A DNA stretch of 64,000 nucleotides from Mizuhopecten yessoensis (lineage: Eukaryota), in the NCBI RefSeq assembly GCF_002113885.1, contig NW_018408893.1:1-64000 (forward strand), read 5' to 3'. The stretch's first letter is position 1, and each line of letters begins with the position of its first letter. Below are positions 52,901 to 64,000 of the stretch, in pieces. A program made the position numbers and the translations under genes. Under the pieces are notes generated by a model, which ran no database searches, was not told where the DNA came from, and was given only the letters and a program-made list of their open reading frames with translations.

Positions 52901-53681
52901 TTCTATGTACATGAAAAAAAAATATTTGGTAAAATTCAGGTATACCAAGAAATAAAACAGAAAAGTTGCAGGGGTCAAACTCCGAACTTTTAATTGTAAA
53001 ACGTACACTTTACCATTGTTGTTATCTAGAGCTTATCAATTCACAGCACTATAACTAGTGTCTAATTTTTGGGCTACAAAGCCTGTGAAAAAATAAATGA
53101 ACACTGAAAGATACATAATTGGTAAGTTCTCTATTAAGCCTGAAAAAAACTCCTTTTGGTTACTTTAGTTTCTATTTATAGAATGGAGAATATTCAAAGT
53201 GAGAAAAAAATCCTTCATGTTGAAACTTTTACAGTTATAACTGATTAAAATTAATAATTCTTTTGATCATTTAACCTTCATTATTAAATGAATGAACTTT
53301 ATCTGTTCTAAAAGAATTATGAAACAATTCTATAATACATGTACCATACAATTTATGGTTCCAAACCCTGGGTCAGGGTGTCCTGGTGAGAGATGAGAGC
53401 ACTATATAGCACCATAGACTTCACCACCCAATCTCCTTTGTCATTCATTTTCTTGCAATATCTTTGGTAATTGAATTACAGAGAAGAAGATTAACCTTGC
53501 TGAGGTTGACCTGAAGAAATTGCGTGTTAAGCAGCTGAAGGAAATTCTCAGTGACTGGAATCGCAGTGATGCTTGTAAAGGATGTGCCGAGAAATCAGAC
53601 TTCATAAGCATAGTAGAGGAACTTATGCCCAAGTACGACCAAGCCGCATACAAACTACGACAACAAAAGCTAGAGTTATAG
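49982..53681 (+). CDS. MANF: MANF/CDNF (ARMET) family ER-stress neurotrophic factor, 4 exons, 187 aa
   Basis: Exons 49982-50075, 50694-50821, 52713-52854, 53482-53681 (564 nt, GT-AG, phases consistent). Signal peptide, CEAC, CYYIGG..TSAT, KIC...[34 protein letters not shown]-terminal KLEL. Confidence 0.96.
51094..51634 (+). mobile_element. HINE-like element in MANF intron 2
   Basis: ttataccccc...gggggtata inverted repeat, (gtct)n tract, ~150-bp internal duplication, 3' gcgggggtatt...cagttctagtt. Confidence 0.7.
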
Positions 53682-54159
53682 TTTGGTTTAGATTATTTTG
53701 TTCAAATTTTATTTATGAAGTATGTTTTTTTTAAGAGAGAGGGAGAGAGAGATTGTGTATGTTGTTAAAACATATTTGGTATGTTAAGTTGCTGTGTATG
53801 TATATTTTTGTGTGCTATAGACAGTGTTGGTCAGAACAAATGAAAATTTGATATTGATACATGTACATGTTGGTGGAAAACTTGGTCTCTGAATGGCTTA
53901 ATGTGAAGATTAGCATGAAGTTTTCTTTTATAGGAAAGTTAATTTGTAAAATTAGAGGAAACTCCAATTATATTTCTTTCTAGAGTCAATGCAATTGATG
54001 ATTAAACCACAATGTGATTCTATAAATTAATATCAAATGTGTCCCTACCCAAATTGGTACAGTTTTGACATTTTCTTTTCATATTTAGAATTCCATTGAT
54101 GACAGGTACTTTTTCTTCATATTTTAAAAAGTCTGCCTATTGTTCTTAAGGAAAAGGGG

Positions 54160-54390
54160 CAGGCTGTGGTGGCCAAGTGGTTAAGGTGTCTGACATTCTG
54201 CTACAACTAGCTCTCTACCACTGGGTCGTGGGTTCGAGGCCTATGTGGGGCAGTCGCCAGGTACTGGCCGTACATATAGGTCGGTGGTTTTTTTCCGGAA
54301 ACTCCGGCTTTCCTCAACCACCAAAACCGGGCACGTCCTTAAATGACCATAGCTGTTAATAGGACGTAAAACACAAACAAACCAAACCAA
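54160..54390 (+). mobile_element. tRNA-derived SINE downstream of the MANF stop codon
   Basis: GGTGGCCAAGTGGTTAAGG A box, GGTTCGAGGCC B box, core ggtcggtggttttttccggaaactccggc, (aaac)n tail. Confidence 0.85.
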
Positions 54391-56659
54391 TCTTGCTGGA
54401 AAATGTCTACTTTGGATTCCAAGTAATATACTAGTATCAACCTTTTGTACATGTTGAGGACCGATTCTTTGACCATTTACCGTAAGATAAAAATCTGGAC
54501 AGAATATGATTTAGACAGAGTGCAAAAATATGGTGATCATATGTTTGAGGTGAAAGAAAATGTATCTGCTGTAAACATAGACAATCATGATAACAAAATA
54601 ACAGATCTTTTGGGGTTTTCTGATGACAAAATTTAGATTTGTGTTGAAGGTTGAAATATATACATTTTTTATATATGGCTTTAAAAATTTTGATCACTAA
54701 TAAAATTAGACCAGCATTTTAAAATTATTTGTCTATCTATCAGGAGATTAAATTCTTCCTTGCAAGAATGAAATAAATCAGACTTTCGCTACTAATGTAA
54801 AAAGTTACATACCCTGGTACTCATAAATAAAATCTTTGATCGTATTTTCTGTGCAGTAATGCAGAGAAAAATCTGTTCAACTTCTTGTATTTGTATTTCA
54901 TATTGATCAGGTAAGCATCATCTTCGCTAGCCAAGTGTTCGCTTACGTGGAGTGTATACGAAGCGAACACTTAGCTAGCAAAGATGGGCAAGCATTATCA
55001 GTGAATATATCAATCATTTCAAGTTACCTGCCAATATTAAAATGTCATCGATGGATGTTAGTATGGAATGTTTTGAGATTTAGAGAACATTTATTTTTGG
55101 AATGAAAGGCATTCAAGTTAGATAATGTAAGTATGGAATATTTTGAGATTAAGAGAATATTAATTTTTGGAATGAAAGAAGTTAAATAGTTAGAAAGTTG
55201 TTCGCTAATAAAAAATGACAATATTTATGAATGCATGTATGGATGATTTCTAGTACAATGAGAGTTTGATAGTGAATACAAATCCTTTTTGATGTATTAT
55301 TCTCATCTTGTTAAAATTTCCTCATACCTTCATAAACATATATACATACTGTATGTCAGCTATGTTTGTTAGTAAAATCACTGAATTCTCACAGAATTTT
55401 TAGGCTGAAATCAGAGAAATTTGGATGGCCTCATGGCATAGCTTGTTGTTTCCACAAAGTCAAGCTTATATATGTGTACCAAAAAGAATTCATATGAATG
55501 TGGTGAATTATATTTGAAATAAAACCTTTGAAGTAAAAAAACATATATATATCAAACTTCTTACTAATATTTTAGTATTGTATATATGAATTAGACAAAA
55601 AAATAGCTTTCTAAAACCAAAAAAAAAAAAATGCTCAAATCCAGATTCTATATAATAACCCAAGATGGCTGCACAAAATCAGACATGTCCGTCTGTTACA
55701 AAGTTATCCTTTCTGTGGCACTATAGATTGTGGCAACTGTAATTAATTTGGTTTTAAATCTTGTATCTTACATCAAGAATTTATTAGAAAATACTAAAAT
55801 GGCAAATGGCTGATGTTGACGGCACATAGTATGAAGTCCATAATCAAGGATTGAAGGGGGCGGGGGGGGCTTTCATCTGTCCATGTTATAAACAGTTGTT
55901 ACGACCTTGGGCTGTAGTAAGGTCTGCTGTTTATAAGCAAGCTGCAGATATAGTTGACCAGCAAATGCCATCTGATATCATCAGAGATATAGTTTGCTGG
56001 AGGTACTCAATACTGAAACATCTGGAATTCCACGGAGAGTTTTAAAGCTATAGAATTTGCTTGAATCCTCGACTCGCAGACTATATGGAAATTGTGATAG
56101 AAAGATTTTCACTTCAGGTTTATTCTTTTCTGTTTAAACATTTTTAAAAAGAGAAATTCACTAACTAGTTGTGTATAATAACAATCTTATGAATATAACT
56201 GACTTGCAGTACTTGTAGATTGGTCATTACAATTTTAATGTAGTTACATTGCATACATTGCGATACTATAAATTGTATAACAAGTTGCAATGTGTTACTA
56301 TGACATTTGTACTGTGAAGGGATCCAGTGTCTGTTACTGGAATAGGTCATAATGTTTTGTCCAGGAGAATGCCTGGTAATTAGTTTTCATGAAAGTGCTA
56401 AGCTTTGTTTATGTTAATTCGTACAATATATTGCCTACATTTTTTCAACACTTGGTTTTGTTTTAAAAGCAGTGATCAATACCCTTGGTAAATCTGAAGC
56501 GTTAGATTGTGCAGACTTGCATGTACTATCTAGCACAGCTACCAGGTTTGAACCTATAGGGATAAATATTCACAATATCATCAAATTTACAAATGAAATT
56601 TAAAAATGGTAATTTTCATGTTTAAACACTTAAATGCAGATATTGATTAACACATCACG

Positions 56660-56873
56660 TAGTTTTAGTTGTTCCTTAAAGTAAAATATAGCATACTATC
56701 ATCAAATGTTGTGCTACCCCGGGGCCTGTTCATTTTAGTTCCTTAAAGTAAAATATAATTTCATATTATCATCAAATGTTGTGCTACCCCAGGGCCTGTT
56801 AATTTTAGTTGTTCCTTAAAGTAAAATATAATTTCATATTATCATCAAATTTTGTGCTACCCCGGGGCCTGTT
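56660..56873. repeat. ~70-bp tandem repeat x3
   Basis: Unit ttccttaaagtaaaatata...atcatcaaatgttgtgctacccc.gggcctgtt. Confidence 0.9.
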
Positions 56874-57759
56874 ATGTTATTTTTCACTGCCGGACAAAAT
56901 AGCATTTAGGGATTTTTCTCCTTGTCGAGAATGTTTAGATCTGTAGTGTTGTGTAGACAATTTGGTTTCAAATCAGAAAACATCTTACAGTAGAATGACT
57001 AGTTCTGTGGCCTAATGCTTGTGCTACACTCTAAATTGATAAAGACACAATGTGACAACAAGTAATGAGGATGCTGTTAAAAGCTTCAAGTGCCAATTTT
57101 AGTTTTTCTTCTATCTGGATGGGCAATATCCTATATCTGTACATTTGAATATTGAATTCCAAGATACCTATAGACCTATAACTCTTATACTTACTACTAA
57201 ATGCAGTAAAATGAAATTGCAGTTAACTCATTCACCCTTGAAGATACACTTGCACTCTTTCAATTCAAAGGTTGGAATAGTTCATTGTGAAATTTCAGGG
57301 GTGAACAAGTTTAAGGTATAAATTCATATATTAAGCACTGTTTGAAACTGAAGCAACAATATGTCAATCCAGAATAAACAGTTTGTCCAAAACATATGTG
57401 ATGACTTCTAAACTTGTATGTTAATATTACAAATAAGGTTGTAATATTGAATCTGCAGAGTTTAAATAAAATGTTATTTAATAAAATATTTGCTTTTTTA
57501 TTGTTTTCTTGTCATCCATGTGCAGGCATGTACGTAGCTGCCTATATGCTGGAATGCAGGTGTATCCACCATATTTTCAAACAGAAAAATAAAACAAAAA
57601 CAAAATCTGATTAAAATCATATCCTACATTCACTACATATTCAAAAAATCATATCCTACATTCGCTATTTATCACGTAAAGATACTAGTAAAAAAAACTA
57701 GATACTTTTCTGTCATCAGTCTATAACATCCCAAGAACAGACCGTACAGACATTCCAGA

Positions 57760-58400
57760 ATGACAACAGGAAACAAACCTAAATAAGTTACATGACTGTG
57801 AGGAACAAACTTAAATAAGTTACATGACAGGAAACAAAATTAAACTGTCACTTGACAGGAAGGAATAAACTTAATAGTCTTTAAACTGTCACTTGACAGG
57901 AAGGAACACACTTTATGTAGGAACATGACGGCAGTGAACACAGTTAAGGAGATATATGACTACAGGTAACAAATGGAATCATTTCAAAGCTAGAGTAGAT
58001 AATAGGGAAATCAGTTATGGGAAAGCAGAGATCAAACATGACAACAGGGAATGAACGTAAATAAGGAACAGGACAACAGGGAATGAACATGGCAGCAGGA
58101 TGAACAAATTAGAAACATGACAGCAGGGAATGAACATAAACAAGGAACATGACAGCAGGGAACAAAGTAGGAACATGACAGCAGGGAATGAACATAAAGT
58201 AGGAACATGACAGCAGGGAATTATCATAAAGGAATAACATGATGGCTGGTATTCAACATAAAGAGGAGCAGTTGACAGCAAGGAAAACACTATTTAGGAA
58301 CAAGACAGCAGGGATTAAACTAAAGTAGGAACATGACAGCAGGGAATGAGAATAAAGAAGGAACATGACAGAAGGGAATGAACAGAAAGTCCGAACATGT
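57760..58400. repeat. Degenerate ~30-bp minisatellite
   Basis: Unit approx aaagtaggaacatgacagcagggaatgaac. Confidence 0.75.
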
Positions 58401-58539
58401 CAGCAGGTTGAAGATTCTGCTAATTGTATGTAGGTGGTGTGCATGGTGCAGGACTTGCGTCGAAAGGTTAAAAGTTGTTAAAAACTGGATAAAAACAAAG
58501 GTCCTCAGAGTTTTGACACACTGGCCATGAAGGCATCCA

Positions 58540-58790
58540 GTGACTGACGGCGAGGGCACTATGATGTCTGGCGGGAGGGCGTTCCAGTCAGAGTGAGTCT
58601 CTCGAGCTCACCGTCCTGGGGAAGAAGGACAACTTCCTTGTGTCGATCCTGCTTGTGAGGAGCTGGTAGGAACTGGCATGGACATATCTACCGAGTCTGT
58701 GAGGTAATAGCAGTCTACCGCCTTTACTTATCGCAACCTAATTAAGGCCTCAGTCGATCCTGTACAATATGGTAGTCAGTCGAGCGTGTG
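58540..58790 (-). mobile_element. LINE ORF2 3' relic
   Basis: Minus strand encodes RIDTRKLSFFPRT, then after a frameshift DWNALPPDI; SFFPRT...WNxLP is typical of CR1/L2-group ORF2 ends. Confidence 0.55.
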
Positions 58791-59203
58791 ATATGGCGTC
58801 TTTTGAAATTTCTATTGGAATATTCTGTATACCAGGTTAAATATATGATTAAAATTAATACCATAAAAATTTGTATACACTTCTAGGGGAAAATGGCAAT
58901 TAAAAATCCCAGATGCTCATGGATACACTAGGCCTAACTGGTAGTGTTCTTAAAATGGCATATTTTGAGTTGTTCTCTCGGATGAAATCATTAGTTCTCA
59001 GAATACAGGAATAGTGCAGCAAATTCACTGGCTGGAAATACTCATTTTTTGTTTATTTTTAATTCTAAATAGGGAGACTTGGCAAGTATGCATAATCCTA
59101 ATACTTTATGCACTTATATGATTCCGGTTCCGTCATCCGGTCTTAATTTCGAGAAGATTATAGTCGCCTTGTCACTTCCAACCTTGCGGACGTTGAGCTC
59201 ACG

Positions 59204-59468
59204 ATGCAACAAGTATTGAAAAGAGTTTTATTACTACTATCTAATGTTACTGGCATAGTCATAACCGTGATTGTTATTCGGACCTTGACGTTTTCCGTGC
59301 GGACAGACGATGTGACACCGTGTGCCAAAAGTGACGAGGACTTTGTGCAGGCGACGGATGCTGTGGTGGGGAGATTTCGCCGGGCGTTGAGGATGCGGAC
59401 TGTAGCCACATCTCCACACGTCTACGATAGAGAGGAACTAATGAAGCTAACATCTTTTATCAAAACTG
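59204..59468 (+). CDS. PM20D1: First coding exon of a PM20D1-like M20 peptidase; downstream exons not found in the window
   Basis: N-terminal membrane anchor (IVITVIVIRTLTF), then C..SDEDFV....VGRFRRALRMRTV.....YDREEL..L..FI, matching the PM20D1 N-terminus pattern. Phase-1 donor G|GTACCT at 59469. ttccgg motifs upstream near 59122. Confidence 0.72.
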
Positions 59469-60134
59469 GTACCTTGAAATAAGGACAAGTATTTAAAAAA
59501 AAATGTTTGTTTAGAAATTTGCAGTAGGTACATTCGCGTTACCGGTTGAAACGGTTGAACCGGTTGAACCTGTAAAGAAAACGACAGGTACAGATCTGGA
59601 CCGAGGCTGGCCTCAGGAAAATTTGGCACGTTTAGATTGAGGGGTCCAGACGTGCCTGACCGAAACTAAAATGCTGACTATTGCCAATTTGCGTTATTTC
59701 TTTCTAAAACAATGTCAAGTCACATGTAGTTTTTAAGTTACGTTATGTAATTCAGTGGACGGATGAAAGAAGGTCATAATATTCTTGAAACACTGTTTTT
59801 TATTCTCCGAAACTGTGGATTTTTAGCTCTGCTTTATAATAGAATGGTCCAAGTGTGTTCGTTTATCGTGGAAAATTTCTGCGCCACACGTACGGTTTCA
59901 ACCGGGATACGCGAATGTAGCCTAGGTAGAACCATTAGAAAACGAAAGCAAATAATGAATAATATTGGAAAGAAACGGAACGCAATAGAATGAAACGAAA
60001 GTAAATGAGAAACCATAATAAAAAGTTTCATTCAGGCTAGTGTATCAGGTCATCATCACGTCTTCGACAATTTTTTCAGTCGTTATTTGTGGACGTTTTT
60101 GGGTTACCTACAAATTACGCAGTTGTTCCGCGAG

Positions 60135-60365
60135 TGTGGAAAAAATGCGGAAAATGTGTGGATTTTTTATTTTTACGCATGTTTTACGCAACTGCGGAAA
60201 CGGTGGTGTGGAAAATGTGTGTAAAATATGCGGAATTTTGACTTAGTCATTTTCAAATGCGGAAAATATGTGGATTTTTTATTTTTATGCATATTTTACG
60301 CAAATGCGGAAATCATGATGTGGAAAATGTGCGTAAAATATGCGGAAATTTGACTAAGTCATTTT
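60135..60365. repeat. ~112-bp tandem duplication rich in tgcggaaa
   Basis: aaatgcggaaaat.tgtggattttttattttta.gcat repeated; possibly a transposon subterminal array. Confidence 0.75.
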
Positions 60366-63300
60366 TAAATGCAATTTTGGACTTAGAATAATTTCAAGGT
60401 GTAACATTCTGGACTTAGAAAATTTTTCAAAATATATGAGATTTTCAATGGATTTTTTTCCCCTGGTTTCTGTATGCCAACGATATTTTAATCATATGAA
60501 TAGTAGTTTCTTCAAAACATATGATTAAAAAGTTCATGCAAATAAATATCCGGGTTAACAAGATTGATTATAACTTGAAAGAACTTGTTTCATAATTGTT
60601 TTAAAATAAATAAAGTATATATTTTAACAGTGTCTCATGGTCCTGACACTCAATGCAAGGACTCACTCAAATAACAAAGTTACCAGTTATTTGGTGTTAC
60701 CATGCATATGGTGCATACAAATCCTTATTGGATTCTGAGGTTTTTTTATCAATCAATGTGTTTTATTCAAATATTTGGAATTATTTGGGTTCATTTGTCA
60801 GGGACAAATGTATATAAAAAGCACTAGAAGCAATTTGTATTTAGCTGTTTACATTGTAATTATGTATACTTATACATGTAGCATGTTCTAGGTATGAACA
60901 TTTTAAAATCAATGGAAGCGCAGTTGCTGGATAAACCACGTCACACACACGACCATGACAAAAAAGTGCCTACATGTAAAAACAGACATTACCATGTGCT
61001 GATGACATGACAATCAAATGACATCATAATGTCATGGCATGAATTTGTATGTAATTAAGCCTCCAGCAGTAAATGTTATGTCTTAGGCGGGTCAGGAGAC
61101 AAGAGTTGGCCACAAATATGACTTTGCATTGTGTAATTTTGAATGTTTTACAAACTGTACAAATTTTGGAATATAGAACCAGTGGCCAACTGCAGTCAAC
61201 TCCTGATCAACCCACCTTCTCCTGATTAATTAAAGTGTGAGGAAAGACCCAAAACAACACCAGAGTTCAAGTTCCACAAGTTTATTACATATTTAAATCA
61301 TAGTGTGGTTTCATTGAACAGAAATGAAAAGAGCAAAACAAACAAAAATCAGTTAACTGAAATGTAAAGCCTGTACAAACAGTGGAATGAAACAAATTAG
61401 AACACATGGTAATAAAATATAATTGAGGAAAAACATAAACTTAACAATTGCAATAGTGAATGTATAAGACATTGACTGACTTGTTAAAAGGACTCGCACA
61501 ACTAAATTAGCCAATCAGCAAGTGTTTCATATGTTTGTAGTTCCAATCTAAAATAAGTTCCGGCTAATCATTCGGCCACTGAAGGAGTTTAATAAGGAAC
61601 TGATGACAGATTTTTAGATAAATGAAATGTTCAGGTATTTAACTTTTGAAAAATATATACTTTTGATATATTTCCATGTCTGTCTGTATGCAGATTTGCA
61701 CAGGGCAAAATGTCTGGGGGCGTTTCTGTTTTGGGTCACGGGGTTTGCTTGTAAACATCCAGTTGTCAACTTCCTGACGCTGTGACACTCCAATATGCCA
61801 CTAAACCTACCAAAAAAGTCATTTTGTAGCCTTTGCAAGGTATGTTTTTATGAATCTAGACAGTTAATTGTCACTTGTTTTGAACTTCAAATATTAAAGT
61901 TATTAGCTAAAATGTTTGGTAATAACATATAGTAAATGATTTAGTTGTGAAAGTCCTAAAAGGCCCAATTTGGTCAGTATAATTATAATAGTCTAGAATA
62001 TCTGACACTGTACACATCATGGTATATGTAGCTATGTACCATTTGTTCAGTGAGATTGGTTAGACTTCCACCATCCCTCCTAAAATAAGGAAACACTACA
62101 TAATAAACACCACAACATCATGTTAATTCTGGTGTCAGAAGGTCTATGTTTTTTAAAATTTAAACTGCATTGTAACTAAGTACAACCTATACCCTGGGGA
62201 TAAATCTGCATGTCACTCTGTTTTCAGAGAGTAGCCTAATAATTACATTACGACAATAGACATGAAAGTGACAGTATACAGAATAATATCAACCTAAAAG
62301 TGATGTTTCAGTTGTACGAGACCAATACTGGCCTAATTAGTCAGCATTAGATGCTCAATCCTTTTTGATTACATTTGGAAAACTTGAAACATCTTTACAG
62401 CCTTTACTGAAGTCCATATGCATGAATACAAGAAGTTCTTTCATCCACTTTGTTGGGATAACTGCATTCTCTCTGAAAAATATGTAGTTCATCTGGTTTG
62501 AGATACATGTAGTTTGAGATGCATGTAAAGGACAAATTATGGAATTAACATAAAAATATTCAATAACATCACTTTGCTAAAACCCCCAAACAATTAATTG
62601 AAACATTTAAAAATGATGTTACAATCTTATTACCATCTAAAAATGATATTGCGATATATGTACTGCTAGATAAATATTTTAATATATCAGTGCTGCAATA
62701 TTATTGCACACCCCTAATTAAATCAATGAAAACATTTTGCATTCAAGCCATTTTGGTATCTGTGGAGTGTAACATATAGAAAGATTGTCATTCGAAAATC
62801 AATGTGGAAATTGTTCCTCTGTTCCTGAACGGAAACAATTCTTGTTTAAAAATATAAAGACGTTCGCTCGTTTTGTAACCCAACGCGATCTAGTTAACCT
62901 TGTCGAGTTCCAGGAGAAATTGAAATTATCATGTCTGATTGACCCTTTTTCTTTTAAGGGCTGTGTCAGTCAAAAACGCTTACCAGACTGTCATCCATGG
63001 TGCAATCATGATCATGATGATATAATTTTAATTGTGAGTCCTTGCGGTTTGTCCTGGCATGATTCTTCAATCATATAAACCTTATCAGAAAGAAGGGCGT
63101 GGAACGTTTGGTAAGAATTGTACAGCTGTTAAAAATTGTATACACTGTACGCTGGCTTTTTATCCCGGTGAGTGTCGATTGTCTTCTCAAATGTATCTTG
63201 AAAACCCACACAAACTCTTCTCAAAACACCGATTACAACCGGAAGTAAATATTATGGATCTTGGTCATTAAAACGTTTCTAACCATATCAAAGGGCTTTC

Positions 63301-64000
63301 CTTCAAAACGCCTTATTGACCCTGACGACAACCAAACTTTTCGCGCTCTTTTACAAATCGGATTTGTGTGTTGACAGCCGACAGCGTTCACGAACTTCAA
63401 GTCACCTCATGATCGGTTATCTGCACATCATATCGCAAATGTTTGAAATACACATATGCTATACTGATATGTATGTTTATGTGTGCTGTGATCCATATCA
63501 GTGTAGCATATGTGTATTCTGGACATTTGTATTAAATTGTAATGAACCCCTGTGGATGAAGGTCTGCCGGTCATTACATCAAACGGAGGATTCGTTATCT
63601 CCTTCCTAGTGATGGTAAGAGCAATGTCAGATAAATAAAAGCCCAATGAGAGTCAAATTTACGGAGACAGGGGCATTTTTCGATCACAGCTTTCGTTGTT
63701 GGTCGTCAGATCGTAATTGCTACGTTCAATTCGTTTTACAAATTCATAAAATAAATTCACGTAACTATTCCTACAAACTGATTTACCAAATTTTGTATTG
63801 TATATGAAACATTTGTATATATGAAAAGTTCAGATTAGCAAATTGACAGTCTGCTTGATAAAAAAAATCCCAAATGTACAATTGCACTGCCTGGGTTTAA
63901 ATTCAGAGTTCATATATATATAATGATTCATTTTAAATACTTTAATTACAATTTATTATTCATGGATCAAGCATAAATATTGCATTACAAATAAAGTCAA

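Noticed and set aside
61600-63700. Short ORFs as further PM20D1 exons or a transposase
   Set aside because: No M20 motifs (e.g. H.DVVP) or transposase motifs recognised, and the frames I checked are interrupted.

Overview
AT-rich, intron-containing animal DNA; the repeat families and gene style suggest a lophotrochozoan, probably a bivalve mollusc (inference). Spliced genes reconstructed by hand: a complete 14-exon HSPA14 (minus, 34841-49684, 507 aa) head-to-head with a complete 4-exon MANF/CDNF gene (plus, 49982-53681, 187 aa), with 297 bp between the start codons. The first coding exon of a PM20D1-like M20 peptidase starts at 59204. Two tandem minus-strand genes encode secreted Pro/Ser/Arg/Phe-rich low-complexity proteins with no cysteine after the signal peptide (about 14.6-16.2 kb and 24.2-25.4 kb). 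Most notable non-coding signal: HSPA14 intron 8 holds four copies of an apparent box H/ACA RNA, one divergent copy with compensatory stem changes plus three from a ~1.14 kb tandem duplication. Also present: an inverted pair of Penelope-type minimal hammerhead ribozymes, a GC-AG intron, Helentron-associated (HINE-like) elements, tRNA-derived SINEs, LINE and Penelope RT relics, and many minisatellites. Most short ORFs in the supplied track are spurious.
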